IMG/VR virus record: IMGVR_UViG_2740892258_000019
DNA: 24,318 nt
Origin: a virus
Taxonomy: Duplodnaviria > Heunggongvirae > Uroviricota > Caudoviricetes
Reading direction: 5' to 3' (one strand)
Below are positions 17,027-24,318 of this stretch, one piece after another. Both the position numbers and the translations under genes were made by a program. Under the pieces are notes generated by a model. The model saw only the letters and a list, made by a program, of their open reading frames with translations. It was not told the origin of the DNA and did not search any database. The stretch's first letter is position 1; every line of letters begins with the position of its first letter.

Positions 17027-17251
17027 ATGAACAAACAACAAGTTCGGGCACGGCTGGTTGAACGAGGCAGTAGCTTGCGCCAGTTCGCGCTTAACGCGGG
17101 CTATGAACCACGAACAGTCACCCAGGCAGTCAGTCGCTGGGCTGGTAAAAGTGAACTACCTCGCGGTCGTTTGACTTATCGGATTTTGCGAGATCTATCG
17201 GTTGCAATAGGTAAAGAAGTTACCCCCGGTATCCTTAAGGAGGCGTCATGA
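17027..17251 (+). CDS. ner: Ner-like DNA-binding regulator (Ner/Nlp family)
   Basis: 74 aa from ATG with AGGAA SD; pattern RARLVERGSSLRQFALNAGYEPRTVTQAVSRWAGK resembles Mu Ner/Nlp; stop overlaps the A start (ATGA). Confidence 0.65.
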   Translation: MNKQQVRARLVERGSSLRQFALNAGYEPRTVTQAVSRWAGKSELPRGRLTYRILRDLSVAIGKEVTPGILKEAS

Positions 17252-18363
17252 ATAAACCAAATACATCAAGCTCAGGTATCCGTATTTTGCGCGTTCTTAA
17301 GGCCTTACGTGGCCACGCTTTGAACGGTGTTTCTAACGGGGAACTAGCGGTTGCACTGCACGAATCACCGGCAAACATCAACGGCAGATTGATGCCTCGC
17401 TCTGCACGCTTTACTACCTGAGCAATGGACACAAAGGGCTGCAGGTGATGGACAGCGCGAAATTCTACAAGAACAAGCCCGCTAACCTTGCCCGTATCGC
17501 CAGTGACCGCGTGTGGAGTTATGAGATTACCGACCATGCCAGCGGCTGGATTTACGTTGAGTATGTGACGGGTGCGGAATCCGGTGAGAACCTGTGTTCT
17601 GTGCTTATCAACGCCATGCAGGAGCGTGGCGGCGCAGACGTGCTGCACGGCGTGCCAAAAATACTCTATCTCGACCCCGGCTCGGCAAACACCGCGGGTA
17701 TGACGAAAAACATGTGCCGCTCACTGGGCATTGACCTGATAGCGCACAAGCCGCATAACGCCCGCGCCACCGGACAGGTGGAAAAGGCGCGGGACATTAT
17801 CGAACGCAAGCTGGAGCCGGGTCTGAAGTTCCGGCCGGTTCACAGTCTGGAAGAACTCAACGCGCTGGCCGCGAAATGGCGCAGCCACTTTAACGCCACG
17901 GCTGTTCACAGCCGCCACGGTAAAACCCGCACGGATATCTGGCTGAAGATTACTGCTGAGCAGCTGAAAAAAGCGCCTTCCGTTGAGGTATGTGGTTACC
18001 GGTACAGACAACGCCGCAGATGCAGCCGCCGCACGCAAGGCGAAGGCGCTGCCGTTCGGCGGGCGGCTTGACCCGTATAAACATATCGACGACACCACAC
18101 TTCCGGCCTATATGCCGAAGCGTGGTCAGGCCTCTGACGTACGCGGGCCGCGCACTGAACAACGTCCCATGACTCATGTGGAGGCCGCGAAAGCCCTGCG
18201 CGATAAGTTCAGCGCCGACGGCCTTACCTGGACGCCGGAACATTACCGCCAGTTAACGGCACAGTACCCGGACGGCGTACCGGAAGCCGCACTGGATGAA
18301 GTCATGGCCACGCTGACCACACCGGCCAGCAGCAGTGTTATCAGCATTGTTAACGGCAACTGA
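17248..18363 (+). pseudogene. Mu-type DDE transposase A, disrupted: 57-codon N-terminal fragment, DDE-core ORF and C-terminal ORF in three different frames
   Basis: Strong SD AAGGAGG + ATG at 17248 but stop after 57 codons; DDE-core motifs restart at 17445 in another frame; frame changes again near 17985-18000; locus codes at most ~370 aa vs ~660 for MuA. Confidence 0.6.
17445..18071 (+). CDS. DDE transposase catalytic-core fragment (rve-like: ITDHAS ... LYLDPGSANT ... GQVEKARD)
   Basis: 208-aa ORF with D, D, E-containing motifs at the spacing expected of Mu-type transposase cores; ends in Arg-rich out-of-frame tail. Confidence 0.5.
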   Translation: MMDSAKFYKNKPANLARIASDRVWSYEITDHASGWIYVEYVTGAESGENLCSVLINAMQERGGADVLHGVPKILYLDPGSANTAGMTKNMCRSLGIDLIAHKPHNARATGQVEKARDIIERKLEPGLKFRPVHSLEELNALAAKWRSHFNATAVHSRHGKTRTDIWLKITAEQLKKAPSVEVCGYRYRQRRRCSRRTQGEGAAVRRAA

Positions 18364-18373
18364 GGAGGGAAAC

Positions 18374-19555
18374 ATGCTGGTACTGAAGCAGCAACTGAAA
18401 GAGGCCCGTATTCCACAGGCGGTGGTGGCGAGAGCTGTCGATGTTTCTGAGGCCACGCTGGCCCAGATTGTGAATCATAACGCGTGGCCCCGCACCAGCC
18501 CCGGAGAAGTGCGCCGGCGTCTTGCGTCCTGGCTGGAAAGTCAGGGGATTGATACAACGAAGAGTTTTGATGCTGTACAGGGCGCGGCCACGCCCCGTAC
18601 AGCGGGTACCACAGATAAAACGAGCCTCAGTGAGGAAGAGAATATGTTACTCAAAAAACAGGTGTTATTTCCAGCAACCAAAAAAGCGTTTGGTCTTTTC
18701 CGTGACCCGTTCGCCGACGAAGCCATGCAGGGTTCTGATGATGTGTTCACCACCCCGGATATTCGCTACGTGCGTGAGGCGTTGTACCAGACAGCCCGTC
18801 ATGGTGGGTTTATGGCCGTCATCGGTGAGTCCGGTGCGGGTAAATCCACGCTGCGCCGCGACCTGACTGAACGTATCAACCGCGAGAATGCGCCGGTAAT
18901 TGTTATCGAGCCATACATCATCGCTATGGAAGACAACGATGTGAAAGGGAAAACCCTGAAGGCAGCAGCGATTGCCGAAGCCATTATCAGTACCATCGCA
19001 CCACTGGAAAGCATCAGACGCAGTCAGGACGCCCGCTTTCGCCAGTTGCATCGCGTCCTGAAAGACAGCAGCCAGGCGGGGTTCAGCCACGTTCTGGTGA
19101 TTGAGGAGGCCCACAGTCTGCCCATTCCGACACTGAAACACCTCAAACGGAAACACCTCAAACGCTTTTTTGAGCTGGAGTCCGGTTTCAAAAAACTGCT
19201 GTCCATCGTGCTGATTGGCCAGCCGGAACTGGCGACAAAACTGTCTGAACGCAATATGGAAGTCCGTGAAGTCGTTCAGCGCTGTGAGGTGGTCGAACTT
19301 CTGCCTCTGGACAATAACCTTGAAGAGTTTCTGACGTTCAAACTGCAACGGGCCGGTAAACAACTGACGGACATTATGGACGCCAGCGCAGTGGATGCCA
19401 TACGTGCCCGCCTGAGCAATCCGGGAAGTCATCGTAAAAATATGGTCAGCCTGCTGTATCCGCTGGCCGTCAGTAACCTGGTAATAGCCGCCATGAATCT
19501 GGCCGCTGAAATCGGGGTTCCACAGGTCAACGCTGACGTTGTCAAAGGGGTTTAA
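18374..19555 (+). CDS. Mu B-like transposition ATPase (AAA+; Walker A GESGAGKST, Walker B VLVIEEAH)
   Basis: Start at ATG after GAGGAGGG; 393 aa; contains 5-aa tandem repeat KHLKR x2. Confidence 0.8.
   Translation: MLVLKQQLKEARIPQAVVARAVDVSEATLAQIVNHNAWPRTSPGEVRRRLASWLESQGIDTTKSFDAVQGAATPRTAGTTDKTSLSEEENMLLKKQVLFPATKKAFGLFRDPFADEAMQGSDDVFTTPDIRYVREALYQTARHGGFMAVIGESGAGKSTLRRDLTERINRENAPVIVIEPYIIAMEDNDVKGKTLKAAAIAEAIISTIAPLESIRRSQDARFRQLHRVLKDSSQAGFSHVLVIEEAHSLPIPTLKHLKRKHLKRFFELESGFKKLLSIVLIGQPELATKLSERNMEVREVVQRCEVVELLPLDNNLEEFLTFKLQRAGKQLTDIMDASAVDAIRARLSNPGSHRKNMVSLLYPLAVSNLVIAAMNLAAEIGVPQVNADVVKGV
19135..19164. repeat. perfect 15-bp tandem duplication (2 copies), in frame, inside B gene
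   Basis: gaaacacctcaaacg at 19135-19149 repeated exactly at 19150-19164. Confidence 0.9.
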
Positions 19556-19557
19556 TA

Positions 19558-19827
19558 ATGAAATCCACCACAGGTATCAACCAGCAAATCAGCAAAGTGC
19601 AGTCAGCCATTATGGCGCTTAAGGCGACGAACACGGATGTACAAAGCATCACCATCAGGGGTAACAAACCTGTCATCCGCGTTTCCCGGAGTGCGCATTG
19701 CATGCGCATGCTTGAGCAGGGAAAGGCCTGTTATCTGTATACCGGTCATGACCACAGGGGACATTTCCGTCAGGGCGTTTTCGAACTGCACGGCTGTCGC
19801 GTCGTGTGGCCGGAATCTTTGTGGTAA
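19558..19827 (+). CDS. hypothetical early protein (Cys/His-containing)
   Basis: 89-aa ORF starting 3 bp after the B stop; Mu kil position by synteny only. Confidence 0.45.
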   Translation: MKSTTGINQQISKVQSAIMALKATNTDVQSITIRGNKPVIRVSRSAHCMRMLEQGKACYLYTGHDHRGHFRQGVFELHGCRVVWPESLW

Positions 19828-19854
19828 TCAGCACAACAGGAGGAGTCATAAAAT

Positions 19855-20385
19855 ATGGCAAAAAGTACAAAAGGGGCAAAACGTATCAAAGCCGCAGCAG
19901 CACTCTGGGTGCCGGGGACACGCGAAGAGGTCATTGAGGGAATCAGACTGCTTGGTGACGCGCAACGTGAACTGGTCAGGGCTGAAACAGAAATGAATGA
20001 CACCATTGGCGACATCACTGCACGTTATGCCCCGCTCACCGAGAGCCTGAAAAAACGCATGGCCGAACTGCAGTCCGGTATCCAGACATGGTGTGAGGCG
20101 CACCGTGATGAACTGACCGGCAACGGGAAGGTGAAGTTCGCTAACCTCACCACCGGCGAGGTGCAGTGGCGAAACCGTCCGCCGTCAGTCAGCATTCGCG
20201 GGGCGGATAATGTTATTGAATTACTGAGACGTCTGGGGCTTGAGCGCTTTATTCGTGTAAAGGAGGAAATAAATAAAGATGCCATTCTGAATGAAAAAGA
20301 GGCTGTGAAAAATATTCCCGGTATTACCATAAAAAGTGATATTGAGGATTTTTCAATAATTCCTTTTGAGCAGGATGTGCAGTAA
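19855..20385 (+). CDS. gam: Gam host-nuclease inhibitor (Mu Gam / Ku-like DNA-end-binding protein)
   Basis: 176 aa; strong SD AGGAGGAG; N-terminal MAKSTKGAKRIKAAAALWVP... and C-terminal ...GITIKSDIEDFSIIPFEQ closely resemble my recollection of Mu Gam. Confidence 0.85.
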   Translation: MAKSTKGAKRIKAAAALWVPGTREEVIEGIRLLGDAQRELVRAETEMNDTIGDITARYAPLTESLKKRMAELQSGIQTWCEAHRDELTGNGKVKFANLTTGEVQWRNRPPSVSIRGADNVIELLRRLGLERFIRVKEEINKDAILNEKEAVKNIPGITIKSDIEDFSIIPFEQDVQ

Positions 20386-20482
20386 ACACACCACGTTAAT
20401 TATTTAATAAAAACATTTTCTTTTTTATTCCGGCGTCAGCGCCGCGGGCTTCTGCACGCCGGAAACAGAGGAGAATTAAATT

Positions 20483-20677
20483 ATGATATTTAAATGTATT
20501 CAGTGCGAGAGGGATATAACAGCCCTGCGTTTTCACAGCGCCATCGCCGTGATGTCCGGTAAGTATCACATACCTGCAGTACGTGTCACCCTGGTCTGCC
20601 CGTACTGCAGCCAGCATTTTTCGGCGGACGTGCCCGTCATAGAATTCTCCCGCCCTGACAGGGAGGACGCGCAATGA
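20483..20677 (+). CDS. small zinc-ribbon-like protein (CxxC ... CxxC)
   Basis: 64 aa; Cys pairs CIQC and CPYC; SD GAGGAG upstream. Confidence 0.5.
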   Translation: MIFKCIQCERDITALRFHSAIAVMSGKYHIPAVRVTLVCPYCSQHFSADVPVIEFSRPDREDAQ

Positions 20678-20946
20678 TTACCCCACAGGAAGCACGACAG
20701 CGCACCCGAACTCTTGTTGAACACTATGTCAACGAGTGTGAATGCCGCGACCTCACCGATGTGAAGCACGTCCTGACGGCGCTAATCAGCATGGCCACAC
20801 AGGCCATTGTGGCGACCAACGGAAAGGAGGCTGCCCTGCAGGTACTGATGAACACACTCACCCACACGGCAGAGCATGAGGTGCCGTACCGGATGGAAAC
20901 CACTGCAGAAGGCGGCCTGCACATCACCGTCAGCCGGAAGCACTGA
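20674..20946 (+). CDS. hypothetical early protein
   Basis: 90-aa ORF, start overlapping upstream stop; no motif recognised. Confidence 0.45.
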   Translation: MITPQEARQRTRTLVEHYVNECECRDLTDVKHVLTALISMATQAIVATNGKEAALQVLMNTLTHTAEHEVPYRMETTAEGGLHITVSRKH

Positions 20947-20955
20947 GGGCGCGGC

Positions 20956-21252
20956 ATGACACGAAACACCGAACTCACCCGCACCGCCCTCTACCGTCTG
21001 GCCCTGCAGCGTTTCGGGCCGGACGCACAGGCCCTGAAACTGACAGAAGAGGCCGCTGAACTGGCGGCCAGTGCTGCCCGCAATCTGAACGGACAGGGCA
21101 GCGAAAGTGACCTCGCGGCAGAGCTGGCAGACGTGGAAATCATGACAGAGCAACTGCGCCTTCAGGGGATGGACCGGCTGATTGACTTCCACAAACAGAA
21201 AAAACTGGAACGTCTGGCTGCACGACTGGGCGTGATTTACACGAACGAGTAA
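20956..21252 (+). CDS. MazG-like nucleotide pyrophosphohydrolase domain protein
   Basis: 98 aa with EEAAELAAS and ELADVEIM motifs typical of all-alpha MazG/HisE-type NTP pyrophosphatases. Confidence 0.55.
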   Translation: MTRNTELTRTALYRLALQRFGPDAQALKLTEEAAELAASAARNLNGQGSESDLAAELADVEIMTEQLRLQGMDRLIDFHKQKKLERLAARLGVIYTNE

Positions 21253-21266
21253 CCGGGAGGCATTCA

Positions 21267-21482
21267 ATGGCTGACATACTCAGGGAAATCACCGCATGGA
21301 CACTGATTCTTACTGGCCTGGCGACATGCCTCAGTGCGGGGGCAGCCCTGGCTGCCCTGCTGATGCACATAACAACACAGTGGTTATGGGAAAAGCTTAA
21401 AGCAGCATACAGCCTGAAAGAGCTGTCCGACGCTGTCCGGGCATGGAAACGGCAGAAAAATACCGGAGATACAGAACAATGA
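21267..21482 (+). CDS. small membrane protein
   Basis: 71 aa with one hydrophobic helix (WTLILTGLATCLSAGAALAALL); coupled to neighbours. Confidence 0.45.
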   Translation: MADILREITAWTLILTGLATCLSAGAALAALLMHITTQWLWEKLKAAYSLKELSDAVRAWKRQKNTGDTEQ

Positions 21483-22162
21483 CAGACCAGAATAAACACA
21501 TTGAGAAACTGAAAAAGTTGCTGGCGCTGGCCGCATCCGGCAACCCGCACGAGGCCGCTCTGGCACTGCGCCGAGCCCGTAAACTGATGGATGTTCACGG
21601 CATCACACATTCCGACATTGCTATGAGTGATATTGATGAAACCATCAGTCATTACTGGCCGACAGGCAGTCTCCGTCCACCGCGCTACATGCTGGGCCTG
21701 ATGAACATCATCCGCGAGGCATTTGGTGTTAACTCCATCATTCACCCCGGCACGCATCCGTCTGTGGGGTTCTACGGTAACCGGGAACGAGCGGCACTGG
21801 CTGCGTACACCTGGGAAGTGCTGGTCCGCCAGCTGAAAAAGGCGCGTCAGCAGTATATCAGCGCACAGAACAAAAGAATAAAAAACGCCACCCGTACCAG
21901 CCGTGGAGACCAGTTTGCTGAAGGCTGGGTACTGGCCGTTATCAGTGAAATACAGTCCTTTGCCCTGACCGATGATGAGCGTGAACTGATGCAACAGTGG
22001 CTGGAACATAAATACCCGCAGACGCAAACCACCAGGGCGCGTAAACCGGGAAGAAGCCGCAATGGCGACGCCTCGCGCTATGCGGGGTTTCGTGAAGGGC
22101 AGAACGTCAGACTGCACCGCCCGGTCAGTGGGCAGGAACAACAGAAACTGGAGGCCAGATGA
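21479..22162 (+). CDS. early-region protein with DUF2786-like N-terminal motif
   Basis: Start re-chosen at ATG (MTDQNKHIEKLKKLLALAASGNPHEAALALRRARKLM...) overlapping upstream stop (ATGA), GGAGA SD. Confidence 0.55.
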   Translation: MTDQNKHIEKLKKLLALAASGNPHEAALALRRARKLMDVHGITHSDIAMSDIDETISHYWPTGSLRPPRYMLGLMNIIREAFGVNSIIHPGTHPSVGFYGNRERAALAAYTWEVLVRQLKKARQQYISAQNKRIKNATRTSRGDQFAEGWVLAVISEIQSFALTDDERELMQQWLEHKYPQTQTTRARKPGRSRNGDASRYAGFREGQNVRLHRPVSGQEQQKLEAR

Positions 22163-22389
22163 TTACGCTATCAGGTAACAGCCGGAAATTAAAAGCCTGC
22201 CGAATATCTGCCAGATACCTTTTTGCCCGCGCCTTTTTTAAGAACGTCAGGCCGGGGATCACAATTGGTGTTATTGCCGGACGCGAACAGGTTGAAAAAT
22301 ACATGTCAGGTGCATGGTGGAATAACGACCCTGTCATTGCTGCCCGTAATATTCATATCGAATGGGGAGGTATTCAGAATGACTACTGA
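22159..22389 (+). CDS. hypothetical early protein
   Basis: 76-aa ORF with GGAGG SD and ATGA overlap with upstream gene. Confidence 0.45.
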   Translation: MITLSGNSRKLKACRISARYLFARAFFKNVRPGITIGVIAGREQVEKYMSGAWWNNDPVIAARNIHIEWGGIQNDY

Positions 22390-22585
22390 AACCATTGTCT
22401 GTTTTCTTTTCTGGTATATGTACGCAGGATCATGCAGCGCAAGACTTCATCGTTCCCTGGGCTATGGCAGGCACTACGACACCGCGCATTACATCCTGTA
22501 CATGACCGCCGTCATGTTGTTCTGGCCAGTCACCCTGCCAGCTGCAACCGACATTGTTGCCGACAGACTGAAAAAAAGGAGATGA
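22379..22585 (+). CDS. small two-helix membrane protein
   Basis: 68 aa from ATG after GGAGG; hydrophobic segments IVCFLFWYMYAG and ILYMTAVMLFWPV. Confidence 0.45.
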   Translation: MTTETIVCFLFWYMYAGSCSARLHRSLGYGRHYDTAHYILYMTAVMLFWPVTLPAATDIVADRLKKRR

Positions 22586-22586
22586 T

Positions 22587-23036
22587 ATGCAGAAAAAACG
22601 CCTGATACAGCTTATCCATATTGCCCGTAATGAACTGGGTATGGATGAAGACACCTACCGCCAGATGTTACAGGGGCTGACCGGTAAAGCCTCAACCAAA
22701 GGAATGGATACCACACAACTAAACTGCGTGCTGGAATCCATGAAAAAGAAAGGCTTTCGCGTTAAACCAGCCAGAAAAGCCAGCTCCGGTTTACCGCTGG
22801 ATAACCATCCGCAGTCCAGGAAAATTCGTGCGCTATGGCTTGAAATGGCTGCTGCCGGCATTGTTCGTGACCGTTCAGAAAATGCATTAGCGCGGTGGAT
22901 CAAGCGGGAAACGGGCATCAGCGCCCTGCGCTGGCTCAATACTGAACAGGCAAGCAGTGTTATTGAGAAACTGAAGAAGTGGCAGCACAGAGCTGCGGGA
23001 GTAAAACATGAGCGACCTGAATCAGTTTCGAAGTAA
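22587..23036 (+). CDS. gemA: GemA-like protein (Mu gp16 family, DUF1018-type)
   Basis: 149 aa; N-terminal LIQLIHIARNELGMDEDTYRQML pattern and position immediately upstream of mor. Confidence 0.6.
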   Translation: MQKKRLIQLIHIARNELGMDEDTYRQMLQGLTGKASTKGMDTTQLNCVLESMKKKGFRVKPARKASSGLPLDNHPQSRKIRALWLEMAAAGIVRDRSENALARWIKRETGISALRWLNTEQASSVIEKLKKWQHRAAGVKHERPESVSK

Positions 23037-23406
23037 AGGGCCGGAACTCCTGGTGGAGCTGGCACAGCATACCTCTGAGACCGTTCGCGAGATTATTGAT
23101 ATTGAGCCCGCAATTGCCGACCAGATTGGTCAGGCCGTCGCGAACCGAATGATGCAGGTCTGGGGCGGGCAAAACGTTTATTTCCCGATGGGCATGGTAT
23201 GGAAGGTCAGTCAGCGCGACCGGGAAATCTTCAGGGAGTTTAACGGACGCAACCACCACGAACTGGCCCGCAAGTTTGGTGTTTCGCTTCAGTGGGTCTA
23301 CAGCGTGGTTAAGCGGGTCAGAAAAGAAGAACTGGATCGGATGCAGGGCAGGTTGTTTGATGAAGATCTGCCAGAGGAGACGAAAGACGTTAACAAATCC
23401 AGATAA
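23008..23406 (+). CDS. mor: Mor/C-family transcriptional activator (middle-operon activator)
   Basis: 132 aa; GGQNVYFP and REFNGRNHHELARKFGVSLQWVY motifs match the Mor/C family HTH region. Confidence 0.75.
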   Translation: MSDLNQFRSKGPELLVELAQHTSETVREIIDIEPAIADQIGQAVANRMMQVWGGQNVYFPMGMVWKVSQRDREIFREFNGRNHHELARKFGVSLQWVYSVVKRVRKEELDRMQGRLFDEDLPEETKDVNKSR

Positions 23407-23450
23407 TTCCTGCTTGTTAAAGTCCTTTCAAAAATCTCCTTATTGTATAA

Positions 23451-23483
23451 AAGCACGGTAGACCCCTTACCGTGCTTTTTTTA
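23451..23483 (+). terminator. rho-independent terminator downstream of mor
   Basis: aagcacggta-gacccct-taccgtgctt followed by a T-run, read directly. Confidence 0.8.
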
Positions 23484-23520
23484 TGCTCTCTCTTTAGTAT
23501 TCAGGATGCAGGGAGAAAAT

Positions 23521-24153
23521 ATGTTTGACGTTTCGTTGTTAAATCTGCCATGGGCAACACTGGTGACCCTGACCAGTGGCTATATTGGGTATTTTATTGC
23601 GAATGTGGGACTGAAGGATCACCACAAGCCCATTGAGGTGACTTTTTCTTCGCTGATTTTTGGCCTGACAGCAATGATGGCTTACCAGGCTGTTATGTGG
23701 GCAGGTCTGAATGCCTGGCTGGCAACACCACCAGCACTTCTGTGTGCCGTTACATGCGGTGCGTGGTGGCGCAGGTACGGTCGCAAATGGATGTACAGAT
23801 TACTGTGGAATAATGATGTTTCATGGTCTGACGATACCAGCTCAGCATGGCAGGCAATGTTTGATCAAACAGGCTTCAGCGTTACCGAGGTCAGAGTGAT
23901 TCTTCGCGATGGTTCCGGTATGATGTCACGGCTGCCAGGGAACTTTGAAGAGTGGCCTAACGGTCCGTTTACCCTGGGGAATAAAGGCGATATGGTTCTT
24001 TACGTCACGCACAGCAGCCCTTCAGGCAGTAACGAATGGGAAGAGTATAAAGGCGTGGTTGATAAGTACTGGGGAGCTCTGGCAACCTATATTCCAGCAG
24101 ATCAGATTGCCAGAGTGGAGATCAGGCGCGTTCGTGCAACGAACGATGAATGA
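23521..24153 (+). CDS. membrane protein (three N-terminal TM helices + ~110-aa soluble C-domain), function unknown
   Basis: Start chosen at ATG after GGGAG; first gene after the mor terminator; no motif recognised. Confidence 0.55.
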   Translation: MFDVSLLNLPWATLVTLTSGYIGYFIANVGLKDHHKPIEVTFSSLIFGLTAMMAYQAVMWAGLNAWLATPPALLCAVTCGAWWRRYGRKWMYRLLWNNDVSWSDDTSSAWQAMFDQTGFSVTEVRVILRDGSGMMSRLPGNFEEWPNGPFTLGNKGDMVLYVTHSSPSGSNEWEEYKGVVDKYWGALATYIPADQIARVEIRRVRATNDE

Positions 24154-24159
24154 TGTTTA

Positions 24160-24318
24160 TTTTTTCCCTGGGGCAGGGGCTGCCGGCATAGTGGTTTTAT
24201 TGGCAGAGGAAGACGATTCTCCTTTTCTACCGGAATCGCGCTCGAACGTCACGATGTGCTTGCTTTTGGGCTTTTCTGAGTAATCCAGGCTATCATGCTT
24301 ATTGTTTTGAGTAGTCAT
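24160..24318 (-). CDS. small basic ORF convergent with upstream gene, abutting window edge (possibly partial)
   Basis: 53-codon ORF (MTTQNNKHDSLDYSEKPKSKHIVTFERDSGRKGESSSSANKTTMPAAPAPGKK) whose ATG is the last 3 bases of the window; below track cut-off. Confidence 0.25.

Noticed and set aside
16939-17034. N-terminal 32 residues of the track ORF for the repressor (MFICTVFLLGYDVLYWVYCTHPNECVKLRYVQ)
   Set aside because: Hydrophobic and not typical of XRE repressors; it overlaps the divergent promoter region and the ner start; the internal ATG gives a canonical HTH protein.
9145-19164. Possibility that the tandem repeats are CRISPR-like or a VNTR array
   Set aside because: Each repeat has only two adjacent copies with no spacers and lies inside coding sequence; these are simple tandem duplications.
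17235-19432. Minus-strand ORFs 17235..17648, 17721..18098, 17950..18243, 18243..18557, 18665..19432 antisense to A/B
   Set aside because: Opposite strand of early operon genes with clear motifs (DDE core, Walker A/B); compositionally driven long ORFs.
1-24318. rRNA, tRNA or attachment-site tRNA fragments, and canonical Mu attL/attR end sequences
   Set aside because: No tRNA-like cloverleaf or rRNA segment recognised by eye; the window appears internal to the prophage on both sides, so ends are probably outside it.

Overview
The window is almost entirely a Mu-like transposable prophage, read from sequence and the ORF track without any database search. Late genes run on the minus strand from ~13.2 kb down to base 1: holin-like protein, SLT-type endolysin, spanins, gp25/gp26-like proteins, small and large terminase, portal, F, G, I protease/scaffold, major capsid, head-completion proteins, tail sheath, tail tube. 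Early genes run on the plus strand from ~17.0 kb to the window end: Ner-like regulator, transposase A remnants, B-type AAA+ ATPase, Gam, small early proteins, MazG-like protein, GemA-like, Mor-like activator. Between the two arms sits a central module (13.3-17.0 kb) holding an orphan Dam-family adenine methyltransferase, an XRE-type repressor, and a low-GC two-gene cassette directly downstream of the repressor on the same strand. That cassette is a 335-aa NdpA/YejK-like (NA37 family) protein followed by a 401-aa protein with two C-terminal transmembrane helices; I consider it the best candidate for an undescribed superinfection-exclusion or defence pair. The prophage looks defective: transposase A is fragmented, the large terminase lacks its N-terminal Walker-A region, and the endolysin is split by a perfect 56-bp tandem duplication. 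Two further perfect in-frame tandem duplications sit in the portal (21 bp) and B (15 bp) genes. No rRNA, tRNA or CRISPR array was recognised. The ORF track translates GTG/TTG starts as M, so several starts were re-chosen at internal ATG/GTG codons with better ribosome-binding sites.
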